Below are positions 1 to 9,966 of a stretch of 64,000 nt of DNA, in pieces (the stretch's first letter is position 1; each line of letters starts with the position of its first letter). Under the pieces are notes generated by a model. It did no database searches and was not told where the DNA came from. It saw nothing but the letters and a program-made list of their open reading frames with translations. Source of the stretch: a virus. The stretch is from IMG/VR virus record IMGVR_UViG_3300009152_000030, positions 64,001-128,000 of that record, one strand, 5' to 3'. Made by a program: the position numbers and the translations under genes.

Positions 1-2265
1 GATAATAAAGGCGAATCTCTTTTTCGTGGTGTGCAAATTTTTGGAGAGCAAATTAGAGGTACTTCTCCGGGCGAAAGAATAAATCTCTTGACTATCCATG
101 GCAGTCCTACAGGAGAGATGGCCACAAGTGTGTTTAACCCATTTAAGGTATTAACTGATAAAGACGTATCAGATCTTAGCAATTCTGTAGAAGATTTATA
201 TGTAGCAACTTGTTATCCTAATCAAGTTGGACAACGATATCGTTTTCTTAGAATGGCTGATCCCGAATCAAAAACGAAAAGCATGGTGGAGTTTTATTCA
301 AAATATCATGGTGGTTTTGGAGAAGATGCAGGCTCCGAGTACCAATGGCTTGTAACAGGACATGACGAACTCTCTCCTGCTGTTTATGAAAGAAAAGAGG
401 CACTAGCAAGACATTCTCCAACAGTTTTGGATGTTCCAAGTAGAATAGATTTAACAATGCAGTCTAGAGGACCTATATATATGGGTCCAAATCCAGCAGA
501 AAAACTTGATTTGTTAAGATCAGAGAATAAATCTGACAAATATCTAGAAAAAGTACATGAAGATTTTAAAAAAGCTACTAGAACTGGCGGACTTTTTACT
601 GAAGCTGGTGGATTTAAAAGTGTCCGGGTAGGAGATTTAGTCCCAAATGCTACAAATTTTTATGAGCATGTTTTTGGGAAAGCAGAGGATATTGTTCCTA
701 TTATTGACATTATAAGAAAACATGCAACTGCCAAAACACAAAACACAACAGAGTATCGTAGAGAAGTAGCCAAAGCTTTAGGATTTAGTGACGAAGGAAT
801 TGATTTATTAGAATTTACTAACTCTCCTGCTGTGAAAGACGCATTAGGTAGTACGCATGCGGACGGCGAATATCCTATTACTGAGTTTGTAGAAAAGGAA
901 ATAAGAAGCAGTCCTACAATTGACCAAGCACTTATATCCGGATTAAAGCCAAGAGATATACAAGAAAATATAGCTAAAAATATAGAAACTTTTATTGGAG
1001 ATCTCCCTACTGATTTAATTCCTGGCGGAAAAAGTCTTCGCACAGTTGAAACTGCAATTGAAAAAATAACTAAGAAAATAAATATAGGCCGCACAATTGC
1101 TCCTATAGCTGGACTTGCTGCTGCGCTAGGTATAGGGATTGGTTTTCCTTCTATAGCATCTGCCTCGACAGGCACTAGTCCAGTAGATGGCGGACTTGGT
1201 AGTACTTTAGCTATTGGAGCTGGGGCTGTTGGGGTTGCTACTGTTGCTGGAGTTGGAGCTTATTCTTATTCGAAGATAAGAAAAGCAGGTTTAAATCCAA
1301 GGGTTGCTGGAGGAGCAGCAGGTGGTGGGGCGGCAGGTGCGGCAGGAGCCGCAGCAGGTGCAGTAAATAGGAATAGGGGTTCTTGGATTTACAATAGCGG
1401 ATTTGTCCAAGAAGAACTTGATCTTACAACTAGAGGATTTTTTGCTGGTATTGGTTCAGTAATTAATGACTTTGGTTTTAACAGAAGAACTGGCAGCTTT
1501 GATACCAGTGGTAAACCTGATAGTTTTATTGATTCGCTTTTTGGTAAAGCATTAAAACAAGACGGATATGTTCACCCTGTTTTCAGGGCAGAAGAAGCCA
1601 CTTGGAGAGTTGCAAGTAACTTAGATGATGCATACAAAGGATGGAAAGATTTTGTAAAAACTTCGTACGATAACTCAAGTGGAATTACTAAACTTTTTCA
1701 AGGAGTTAGATATCATGGTTTTAAGATTTTAGATTCTGTTGGAGATGGATGGCTTAATAAGCAGTTGGTTAAGGCTGGCGGTTTTTCTACTATAATTGCA
1801 CCTGCACTTATGGCACATGGTGCTTTAGGTGACTTTAAAGAGGGTTATAGGAGAGGTGGCTTAATTGGTGGCGCATTCAAAACTGTGACAGGTCTTATAA
1901 GTGGGTTAGTTCAGAATAAAGTTATTGCAGGTATTCTTCTTAATCCAGCAACTGGTTTGCTTGGTGCAGGTATTACAGCAGCGGCGGGATATACTGCCTT
2001 TAAGATCTTTGACGTAAGAAACAAAGGCGCTGAGTATATAAGGTCTGGCCGCATGGGTGGACTATCATGGAACCGTGGGCCTACGCCAGGTATGTCTGGC
2101 TCAATGGCAGCAACAGCAAGACAGCGCGGACTTAATGCTATGAATAACTCAAGATTTAATGCAATGAAAGCAATGGGAAATGAAAGTTACATGATGAATG
2201 CACCCAAAAGCAGATATGCCAATTCAACTGCAATACATGGGATAACTCCTGTACTATCCTATTAA
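1..2265 (+). CDS. Putative virion/ejection membrane protein, paralogue A (5'-truncated by the window edge)
   Basis: The frame is open from base 1, so the GTG at 31 is probably not the true start. It has TIHG...VATCYP near the N-terminus and Gly/Ala-rich hydrophobic helices. The last 900 nt (1366-2265) are colinear with 4206-5105 of the next gene. Confidence 0.55.
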   Translation, partial: DNKGESLFRGVQIFGEQIRGTSPGERINLLTIHGSPTGEMATSVFNPFKVLTDKDVSDLSNSVEDLYVATCYPNQVGQRYRFLRMADPESKTKSMVEFYSKYHGGFGEDAGSEYQWLVTGHDELSPAVYERKEALARHSPTVLDVPSRIDLTMQSRGPIYMGPNPAEKLDLLRSENKSDKYLEKVHEDFKKATRTGGLFTEAGGFKSVRVGDLVPNATNFYEHVFGKAEDIVPIIDIIRKHATAKTQNTTEYRREVAKALGFSDEGIDLLEFTNSPAVKDALGSTHADGEYPITEFVEKEIRSSPTIDQALISGLKPRDIQENIAKNIETFIGDLPTDLIPGGKSLRTVETAIEKITKKINIGRTIAPIAGLAAALGIGIGFPSIASASTGTSPVDGGLGSTLAIGAGAVGVATVAGVGAYSYSKIRKAGLNPRVAGGAAGGGAAGAAGAAAGAVNRNRGSWIYNSGFVQEELDLTTRGFFAGIGSVINDFGFNRRTGSFDTSGKPDSFIDSLFGKALKQDGYVHPVFRAEEATWRVASNLDDAYKGWKDFVKTSYDNSSGITKLFQGVRYHGFKILDSVGDGWLNKQLVKAGGFSTIIAPALMAHGALGDFKEGYRRGGLIGGAFKTVTGLISGLVQNKVIAGILLNPATGLLGAGITAAAGYTAFKIFDVRNKGAEYIRSGRMGGLSWNRGPTPGMSGSMAATARQRGLNAMNNSRFNAMKAMGNESYMMNAPKSRYANSTAIHGITPVLSY

Positions 2266-2278
2266 ATAAGAGGTTAAC

Positions 2279-2347
2279 ATGGCTGAGAATCAATATCTTA
2301 AAAAAGTTATAAATCAGATGGCGTTTAGCACATTAAGAAGAGGATAA
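2279..2347 (+). CDS. 22-aa small ORF (MAENQYLKKVINQMAFSTLRRG), or the frameshifted 5' end of the next gene
   Basis: ATG at 2279 follows AAGAGG and the ORF fills the intergenic gap. Its stop overlaps the GAGGA RBS region of the ORF at 2352. Confidence 0.35.
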   Translation: MAENQYLKKVINQMAFSTLRRG

Positions 2348-2351
2348 GATT

Positions 2352-5105
2352 ATGTTTTTTAGAGACGGAAAACTTATTCCCTTTGCTGAGTTTGTAGGCA
2401 GTAATGATGCTCTTGATTTCTTTAAAAGTCAAGGTGTAGATACTAGCCAAGGTTATCCTGCGCTTATATCTGCTTGGAAAAATGCTCCTGAGGTTAAAGA
2501 TTTTTTAGGTAAGCGCCAAGATTTTCATTTTAATGAAGAGTTAAGAAAAGAAAGAGATCGACTTACTAAACATTGGTTTGGGGATCCTTCAGAAACTGTA
2601 CGCCCTCTTGCTTCAAATACTGAAGCTTTTTCTCTTGGTGTGGATTATTACAAAGAAGCAGCTTTCCGACAAGATGTCGCATTTAAACAAATTGAGCAGG
2701 TAATTGCTGGGAATCCTATGCTTTCAGAGCATGGGCAACTCATGGACAATTTTACAACGTTTGGTAGAGTCCACGGAGTGCAAGCAGACATCGCATTACC
2801 TAGCCAGAGAGAGCGGCTAGAAAGGGAATATATAGAAAAAGGATCTCCTAGAGACTTAACAATTCATGGTAACCCGAGGGAGCAATTTGTTACTATTCAT
2901 GGTTCATCAGAAGGAGACTTATATGACGCAGGCGGTAAATTACCTCTTGAACGGGTAGATGACCTTAAAAATGCATATGTAGCATGTTGTTATCCTAATC
3001 AAGTTCAAGGTAAATATCCTTTTTTAAAAATCAGATCACCTGAATCTACAGTTCCGAGTTTTGTTGGTAGTAGTAAGCTGGAAGTAATTGATGATCCGGT
3101 CTCAACATTTAATCCATCTATTAGTTCACATACTTCAATTCTTCCAGTTTCAAGTACAAGAGAAAAAGTAACAGAAGCTTCTAGGATGGGTTTTGATTTA
3201 GTAAGTCCTCTGACCGAAATGGAGGATGTTATTCATGGTAGGAGGCCAGCATTATTTTTTGCTGGGACCAAAGAAGAATTTAAAAAATCTTTCCTGCTCA
3301 GTACTACGCCTGATGATAATAGTCCTCTTAAAGCAGCAAAAACTGCCGTTCAAATGAAAGGTTCTGGAGCTTTAGTTGAATTTGAAGAAGAGTTTGAACT
3401 TGGAAATAAAGGATATTTTTTAGGTAAGCCTGAAACTATTGAAAAAATTAAAAGTCTTATTCAAGAAAATCAACATCTTGATCTTGATGCAGTTTTTGGT
3501 GCTCCTTTTGCAGAGCAGTTGTCAAGTCTTGATTTTGATCCAGAAACTGAGGCATTTGACAAAGAGATACGTAGCCTTTTAGGCTATACTCCAGAAAGTA
3601 CTGAACTTCGTTCATTCTTAAGAAGAAATGAGTTAGATGAACATATTTTGCCCATTTATCCTGCTAATCCATATCAAATTGATGTAGCGGGTGATGCAAG
3701 GCTGGAGGAGACTATAGGCTCAGTAAAAACTGCTGTTGTAAATAATTTATCTCCAAAAGAGATGCTGAATAATATAATTGAGAATTCGAAAGAAATAGCA
3801 AAAGCTGTAGATAAAGAAGGAGGACTTCCTCCGGCCCCTGCTGGTCCTACATTTAGGTCAGTTCGAACGAATCATTTAAGGGCACAATTTCTTAGCCCAA
3901 AGGGAAGTGCAGCAAGGTTAGAAGCTAAGTTTGGACGAGAGGTTTTAGAAAAATTAGTTAAAATAGGAAAAGTTGGAGGATTAGCATTAGCCTTAGGTAT
4001 TGGTGTTCCTGCTGTAGCTTCAGCCTCGACCGGTGCAGTGGGTGGTGGCGGTGGATTAGGCTCTACCCTGATAACAGGCGCTGCTATAATAGGAGGGATA
4101 GGAGTAGCAACAGGATTAGGTGTTGCTGCGTATAAGGGAGCGAAAGCAGCCAAAATTCCAAGTGTACTAGGAAATATTATGTCTGGACCAGGTGGTGGCA
4201 CAATTAATAGGAATACTGGTTCAAGAATCTATAACAGTGGATTTATCCAAGGTGAGCTAGATTTAACTACTAGAGGTTTTTTTGCCGGTATTGGGTCAGT
4301 CATTAACGACTTTGGTCTTAACCGCAGAATTAGTGGCTTTGACCAGAGTGGCAAAGCTTCAGGTTTCCTAGACTCATTCTTTGGTAAGGCTCTTGGGTCT
4401 ACCGGATATGTCCACCCTGTATACCGTGCTGAAGAAGCTTTTTGGCAAGTTGCTAATAACTTAGATGATGCCTACCAAGGATGGAAAAATTATATTAGCA
4501 CATCAGCTAGTAGATCTAGTGGTATAGCTAAGTTTTTTCATGGTGCACGTTACTCTGGATTTAAGCTACTTGACTCTGTTGGCGATGGATGGCTGAATAA
4601 GCAACTAGTCAAAATGGGCGGATTATCTACGATGATTGCTCCTGCCCTAATGGGTTATGGCGCAATAGGTGACTTTAAGTCTGGATACCGCACTGGAGGT
4701 GTCTTAGGTGGAATAGGAAATACAGCACTTGGAATAACTACTGGACTAGTCCAAAATAAAGTCATTGCTGGTGCTTTATTAAATCCTGCAATTGGTTTGA
4801 CTGGCGGAGCGGTTGCCGCTGCAGCTGGCTATACTGCTTTCAAGGTTTTTGATGTTAGAAACAAAGGCGCTCAATATATGAGATCAGGTCGAATGGGTGG
4901 TATTTCTTGGAATCGTGGCCCAACTCCTGGTATGTCAAGTTCTATGGGAGCTAGTGTTAGGCAGAGAGCAATAAATGCAATGGAAAATTCAAGGTTTAGT
5001 GCAATGAAGGCTATAGGCAATGAAAGTTATATGATGAGCGCTCCAAAGGCAAGATACTCAAGCTCAACTGCTATATACGGAACGTCTTCAATGCTATCTT
5101 ACTAG
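2352..5105 (+). CDS. Putative virion/ejection membrane protein, paralogue B
   Basis: 917-aa ORF with TIHG...VACCYP, hydrophobic Gly-rich helices and a C-terminal RQRAINAMENSRFSAMKAIGNE motif shared with paralogue A. Lies directly upstream of terL. Confidence 0.55.
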   Translation: MFFRDGKLIPFAEFVGSNDALDFFKSQGVDTSQGYPALISAWKNAPEVKDFLGKRQDFHFNEELRKERDRLTKHWFGDPSETVRPLASNTEAFSLGVDYYKEAAFRQDVAFKQIEQVIAGNPMLSEHGQLMDNFTTFGRVHGVQADIALPSQRERLEREYIEKGSPRDLTIHGNPREQFVTIHGSSEGDLYDAGGKLPLERVDDLKNAYVACCYPNQVQGKYPFLKIRSPESTVPSFVGSSKLEVIDDPVSTFNPSISSHTSILPVSSTREKVTEASRMGFDLVSPLTEMEDVIHGRRPALFFAGTKEEFKKSFLLSTTPDDNSPLKAAKTAVQMKGSGALVEFEEEFELGNKGYFLGKPETIEKIKSLIQENQHLDLDAVFGAPFAEQLSSLDFDPETEAFDKEIRSLLGYTPESTELRSFLRRNELDEHILPIYPANPYQIDVAGDARLEETIGSVKTAVVNNLSPKEMLNNIIENSKEIAKAVDKEGGLPPAPAGPTFRSVRTNHLRAQFLSPKGSAARLEAKFGREVLEKLVKIGKVGGLALALGIGVPAVASASTGAVGGGGGLGSTLITGAAIIGGIGVATGLGVAAYKGAKAAKIPSVLGNIMSGPGGGTINRNTGSRIYNSGFIQGELDLTTRGFFAGIGSVINDFGLNRRISGFDQSGKASGFLDSFFGKALGSTGYVHPVYRAEEAFWQVANNLDDAYQGWKNYISTSASRSSGIAKFFHGARYSGFKLLDSVGDGWLNKQLVKMGGLSTMIAPALMGYGAIGDFKSGYRTGGVLGGIGNTALGITTGLVQNKVIAGALLNPAIGLTGGAVAAAAGYTAFKVFDVRNKGAQYMRSGRMGGISWNRGPTPGMSSSMGASVRQRAINAMENSRFSAMKAIGNESYMMSAPKARYSSSTAIYGTSSMLSY

Positions 5106-5106
5106 T

Positions 5107-7245
5107 ATGAATCAAATACTTAAAATAGAAGAATTATATAAGAAAGTAGAAACTGAAAGTTCAGACATATCTTATGTGGACTATTGGACTAAAATTTCTA
5201 AAAATATAATTACCGATTACATTGAGAACTACGGTCTAAGAACTAAAACAAAGTCTGGAGCTAAATGTATTTCTGGTTGTGAGAATTGCCAAGTATCTCA
5301 TATTGAGAAGTACAAGAAAGACTATTCTACTCATCCTATTGAAAGTAAAAGAAAAGTAAAGGCTGATCCTAAAGCTTTTGCTACTCATCCTTTTCAGATT
5401 AGTTGTCCTTTGATACCTGAGAATTACTTAGAGCAATATTCAGAATTTGCCAATGAGTTGTCTGCTGAAGAAAAGGATGCATTGATTATTAATACTGATC
5501 CAGTTACATTTGCAAGTAAAATGTTTGGATGGAAACCTAGAGCACACCAAGAGATTGCTCTTCGCTGCCAAAGCAAAAAGAAAGTATTCAGGTTTGGAAG
5601 ACGATCTGGGAAGTCAGACGCTCTTGCTATTGAGATTTTGTTTCATGCTTTTACTAGAGTCAGAGAATACTTTGACGAAGAGATAAGAGAGAATGTCAAT
5701 GGCATTAAGATTCTTATTTGTTGCCCTTTTGACTCTCAAGTAACTGCAATTTTTAATAGAATACTTGAATTGCTTAATAGCAACTCAAGTTTGAAAAAAG
5801 AATTTAGATACAAGCAATCTCCCTACCATCAAATAAGATTAGAGAATGGTGCAATTATTTCTGGATTTACTACTGGTAGCAACGGCGCTAGCGCTGTTCG
5901 CGGTCAGGACGCGCACGTAATAATACTTGATGAGGTTGACTATATGACTGAGAAGGACTTTACAACAATCCTTCCTATTGCACAATCTCATAGTGATTGT
6001 CTTATTCGTGTAGCTTCTACTCCTAGTGGACTCCGTAGTAAGTTTTATGAGTGGTGCCAAGAAGCTCCAGACTGGAAAGAGTTTTATTTCCCAACTGCAG
6101 TTATTGATGAAACACCATTTGCTCAAACAAAGATTAACTGGAAGTCTCTTAGAAATGAAATGCGTAGAGAATATACCAGTGACGGCTGGTTACAAGAAGT
6201 TATGGCAATGTTTATCAGCAATGCTGATGGCGTATTTGCTGCACCTCTTGTTACTACTGCGATGGAAGGATACTCATATGCTCAAATGCGTGATGCAAAG
6301 ATGCAAGGAGAACTAGCAGGATTTAGATATAGCCTTGGTGTTGACTGGAACACTAGCTTTGGTACTTGGATATGTATTACTGGATTCCATCCTCAAGTTG
6401 GATTACAAGTTATGGAGATAGTTAATGTTCCAAAGCAAAACTTTACACAGTTACAAGGTCTTCAGAAAATAACAGAATTACTTAGCTTCTGGCAGCCTCA
6501 ACATATTTATGTGGACAAAGGTCACGGAGCAACTCAGTGGGAAACATTGAAGATGTGGTCATCACAGCAGAAAGCAGGCACGTACGAGTTCAATGTCCAA
6601 AGAAGAATTAAAGCATATGATTTTGGTAGTAAAATTTCTATAAGAGAACCTTCAACTGGTCGGCTTATTGAACATCCAGCTAAGCCGTTTCTAGTTGAGA
6701 ATGCAGTCAGACGCTTCGAAGACAGAATTATTAAGTTTTCTTTTGAGGATGATCTTCTTAGAAAACAACTACTTAACTATATCATTAAGTCTAGACAGCC
6801 AAATGGAACTCCAGTGTTTGGCCAAGATAATACAAGTATTGGTGACCATGCACTTGACGCATTTATGTTAAGTCTTGTTGCCTTTACAATAGAAGAAGGA
6901 CCAATGGCTCTTTCTAAGAATATGGTTTCTAGTTTGGGAATAACGGAGACACTTGGACATTCAATATTAAATGATCAAACTCAAGATCCTCATAGCAAGA
7001 AGTTGACTGGAGGAGAACTACTAAGACACTTGCAAAGTGAAAGGAATTCTGCTATAGATAGCAGAAAAAATGGTTCTGGTCCTTACCAAAAAACAACAGA
7101 ACACTACAGTGACCTTGATAGAAGAGCTTGGGAAAGAGATATGATTGTTACTAGAGACGGCAAAGGCAATATTGGACAGGCAATAGCTCCAGTATTTAAT
7201 TCTCGTCACAACTATCAAAGACCAAGTGGTCGAACAATTAAATAA
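5107..7245 (+). CDS. terL: Terminase large subunit
   Basis: Adenine-binding HQ, Walker A FGRRSGKS, Walker B IILDE, coupling motif ASTP, and nuclease motifs LGVDWN and DHALDA. Confidence 0.95.
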   Translation: MNQILKIEELYKKVETESSDISYVDYWTKISKNIITDYIENYGLRTKTKSGAKCISGCENCQVSHIEKYKKDYSTHPIESKRKVKADPKAFATHPFQISCPLIPENYLEQYSEFANELSAEEKDALIINTDPVTFASKMFGWKPRAHQEIALRCQSKKKVFRFGRRSGKSDALAIEILFHAFTRVREYFDEEIRENVNGIKILICCPFDSQVTAIFNRILELLNSNSSLKKEFRYKQSPYHQIRLENGAIISGFTTGSNGASAVRGQDAHVIILDEVDYMTEKDFTTILPIAQSHSDCLIRVASTPSGLRSKFYEWCQEAPDWKEFYFPTAVIDETPFAQTKINWKSLRNEMRREYTSDGWLQEVMAMFISNADGVFAAPLVTTAMEGYSYAQMRDAKMQGELAGFRYSLGVDWNTSFGTWICITGFHPQVGLQVMEIVNVPKQNFTQLQGLQKITELLSFWQPQHIYVDKGHGATQWETLKMWSSQQKAGTYEFNVQRRIKAYDFGSKISIREPSTGRLIEHPAKPFLVENAVRRFEDRIIKFSFEDDLLRKQLLNYIIKSRQPNGTPVFGQDNTSIGDHALDAFMLSLVAFTIEEGPMALSKNMVSSLGITETLGHSILNDQTQDPHSKKLTGGELLRHLQSERNSAIDSRKNGSGPYQKTTEHYSDLDRRAWERDMIVTRDGKGNIGQAIAPVFNSRHNYQRPSGRTIK

Positions 7246-7254
7246 GGAATTTTA

Positions 7255-7704
7255 ATGGCACTTGCACTATACATTAATGATCCAGTTACTGGACTTTCTG
7301 ATCAGATGGTGGACAACACCAATACAAAGATAATAGCTTTTCACGATACAACTGATGGGTCTTATCGTTATCAGACTTTAACTCTGCAGAACACAGATGA
7401 GAATCTTGGTTATACAAACATATCAGTAGCTATCGCTATCAATGGAGTAGAGAATGGTCCTATTTCAAATAATGGAATTATTTACCAGTTAATGCCAATG
7501 GAATCAACAACGGCAGACATACGTGATCAGAACTGGGAAAATCTTCCATATAATAATACGCTCACATTAGCAGATATTGAGCCAGGAGCAATCGCAAACA
7601 GGTATCTTATGTTAAAGACTTTTGTACCAAAAGGAAATGGTGTAAACTTTTTCAATGAGGCAACAATCAAGATCAATGCGACTGAGACAACCCTAGCAGG
7701 ATAA
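7255..7704 (+). CDS. Hypothetical beta-rich virion protein
   Basis: 149-aa ORF with an AAGGA RBS and beta-strand composition, inside the head module. Confidence 0.5.
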   Translation: MALALYINDPVTGLSDQMVDNTNTKIIAFHDTTDGSYRYQTLTLQNTDENLGYTNISVAIAINGVENGPISNNGIIYQLMPMESTTADIRDQNWENLPYNNTLTLADIEPGAIANRYLMLKTFVPKGNGVNFFNEATIKINATETTLAG

Positions 7705-7707
7705 AAA

Positions 7708-9966
7708 ATGGAAAGACTCCCTTTACAGAAAAGACAAATCTTTTCGATAACAAATACGCAACAAGACATTACACTAGAAGAAGTTGGTTCTAGCGACAAT
7801 AAAGATGTAAACAAACTATCTAAAAATGAACTGGATGGTCTTATTAAAGATCTTCTTTCTGCAATAGAACCCAACAAAGAATATAATCAAATCTTAGATA
7901 GTAACCTTTACAATGGTAAGGCAAAGAATCTTGACTTTCTTGGAGTAGAAGCTTTGCGCAAGGAAAATAGAGAAGAAGCAAAACGACAAGCAGCTATTCT
8001 AGACAATTTTTTGAGAGTTACAGCAGAAAGATTAGAAGATATAAACTATAGTGTTGAGTATGCAAAAGAAGACCATGACCAATGTCTAGTTGCTAACTTT
8101 TTATTTCCTAATCATCAAAAAGGAAAATTAACTTATCAGGAAATCAAACAACTTAAACAATATACAAAGCTATATAGAGAACTTAAAGCTGATAATCAAT
8201 TAAGGTCTGCTACAAAAGATATAAAAAATGATCCAATGGTTGGAATGGATGAAGATGAAGATCTTAATTCAAAGTATGGTCAAGTAATTAAATTGGCTTA
8301 CGCTTACCAGACAGAAAAGACTGCTAAAAAAGATTATGATCCTGAGCCTAAAAAGACATTGGGAAAGATGGCGTCTGATTGGCTTAATGAGCTAGAAGAA
8401 GATAAGAGATTCAAAGTTTACGAAGAATTTGATATTTTTAGAGATATGTTTGGACTTGAAACAACTTTAGCTCAAAATGAAACAAAACTGAGTGAAGACA
8501 ATATTAGTGCAAAAGTTGGGTTGATACCTTTGTTTAATGAGGCCGAGAAGACTAGGGAAGTTGTTCATGGCATAGAGAGTACCCTTAATGGAATAGACAA
8601 GCAAAATAGTGCTATTGACGTCTTGATGAGAGGCAAAGAACCTTCAAATGTAAAGGCAAGAGCAATAGGAGAACCTGCTAAGAGTCTTGGAGATCTAGTA
8701 ACGAACTGGGAAGGTTGCTATGAGTGCTTTGGTGGGGAGTGGGCTAAGTTAGCAGACAAGTTAGGAGATATTAAAGGCCCAGGAGATATATTTAAAGGCA
8801 GTGACTTTGTATTTGGTGTTGATCTTGAAGTAAAACTTAAAGAGCAGTTAGCAATTACAAAAGCTCTTCTTGACAAAATAAGATTTGCTAGTGACATTGA
8901 GTTTCAGTTAAAAGCTAACTATTGCTCTCTTCTACGACTTGGCTCTTTGTGTCCTCTTGAATTATTGTTTGTTATTGCAAGCTTAGGTGGACTTCTAGTT
9001 TATACTTGGTCTGAGATATTCTCTGCAAATGCAAACTTTGGATTAAATTTTCTAAGAGATCTCATTTTACGTGGAGTTGTTGAGCCCCTTTTAAATCTTT
9101 TGCAAATGAGTATTCGTGCAAATATTAGTCCTTTGCCTAACTATGCTTTATGTACTATTAACAGTCTTATTAGTGTTCAAGACATTGATAAGGCTGGAAA
9201 GCAGTATGGATTTACAACTGAAGAACTTTCTAATTGGGTGAATTCAGGGACAGCAGAAGATGAAAGCAAAATAAGTGCGCTTACAAAATTTAGTGAAACA
9301 TACTTCAATAATAGCAATGGTCAAGTTGGCGTAGACCAGCAAGCCGTAGGAACAGCCTTAGAAGGGGCATTAAATAATAATGGTATGAAGTTTTTATCAA
9401 CAATAACAAATCCCCTTTTTGGTAAAGGCGATGCTCTTGACTCAATTGAAATGATCAAGTCTGTCATATACGACTTTATTGATTGGGTTTCTTCTCAGTC
9501 AGACATTGTAAAGTATGGCCTTGATGCCTTGAAGGCTTTGATGGGTACTCAAGCTGATACCAATATTGTTCTCTGTACAAAGATTATGGCTTTGTCTCAG
9601 ACTCTAGCCTTTGCTCTAGGAGTTTACAAAGCAGCAACCTCTAAGGGAATTGAACCTTGCATTCCTATGAAAGATGATAATGGTAACCTAACAAATGAAA
9701 GCCCATGGGATCCCTGGGATCCGGATCCTAATAGTGACTTTCCAATGAAGGAGTACTTCAATAGCCAACCTGTTTACCAGGAAAAGGCAAGGAATAACAA
9801 GAGTAACAAAAAGACAAAGCCGATTAGATATCTAATAAATCCTGCAACTGATAGTAGATTTAATCTTACCAATTGCGATAGAGCAAAATCGTCTATAATA
9901 AGCAAAGGTGAAAGTCTGGATTTCTGGAGACGAGTTGCATTAGGAGCAAACGTAGACAATGTTTAA
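7708..9966 (+). CDS. Hypothetical head-module protein: coiled N-half, Cys-containing hydrophobic C-half
   Basis: 752-aa ORF overlapping the portal start. Contains CYEC and CSLLRLGSLCP, plus the hydrophobic helix LLFVIASLGGLLVYTW. Confidence 0.5.
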   Translation: MERLPLQKRQIFSITNTQQDITLEEVGSSDNKDVNKLSKNELDGLIKDLLSAIEPNKEYNQILDSNLYNGKAKNLDFLGVEALRKENREEAKRQAAILDNFLRVTAERLEDINYSVEYAKEDHDQCLVANFLFPNHQKGKLTYQEIKQLKQYTKLYRELKADNQLRSATKDIKNDPMVGMDEDEDLNSKYGQVIKLAYAYQTEKTAKKDYDPEPKKTLGKMASDWLNELEEDKRFKVYEEFDIFRDMFGLETTLAQNETKLSEDNISAKVGLIPLFNEAEKTREVVHGIESTLNGIDKQNSAIDVLMRGKEPSNVKARAIGEPAKSLGDLVTNWEGCYECFGGEWAKLADKLGDIKGPGDIFKGSDFVFGVDLEVKLKEQLAITKALLDKIRFASDIEFQLKANYCSLLRLGSLCPLELLFVIASLGGLLVYTWSEIFSANANFGLNFLRDLILRGVVEPLLNLLQMSIRANISPLPNYALCTINSLISVQDIDKAGKQYGFTTEELSNWVNSGTAEDESKISALTKFSETYFNNSNGQVGVDQQAVGTALEGALNNNGMKFLSTITNPLFGKGDALDSIEMIKSVIYDFIDWVSSQSDIVKYGLDALKALMGTQADTNIVLCTKIMALSQTLAFALGVYKAATSKGIEPCIPMKDDNGNLTNESPWDPWDPDPNSDFPMKEYFNSQPVYQEKARNNKSNKKTKPIRYLINPATDSRFNLTNCDRAKSSIISKGESLDFWRRVALGANVDNV

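Noticed and set aside
2299-2328. A-AAA-AAG slippery heptamer in the 22-codon ORF
   Set aside because: A -1 shift meets TAG at 2326 and does not enter the frame of the downstream gene.
5103-5105. TAG reassignment (genetic code 15), as seen in some large phages
   Set aside because: Genes are intact under code 11. Paralogue B ends in TAG at exactly the position where paralogue A ends in TAA.
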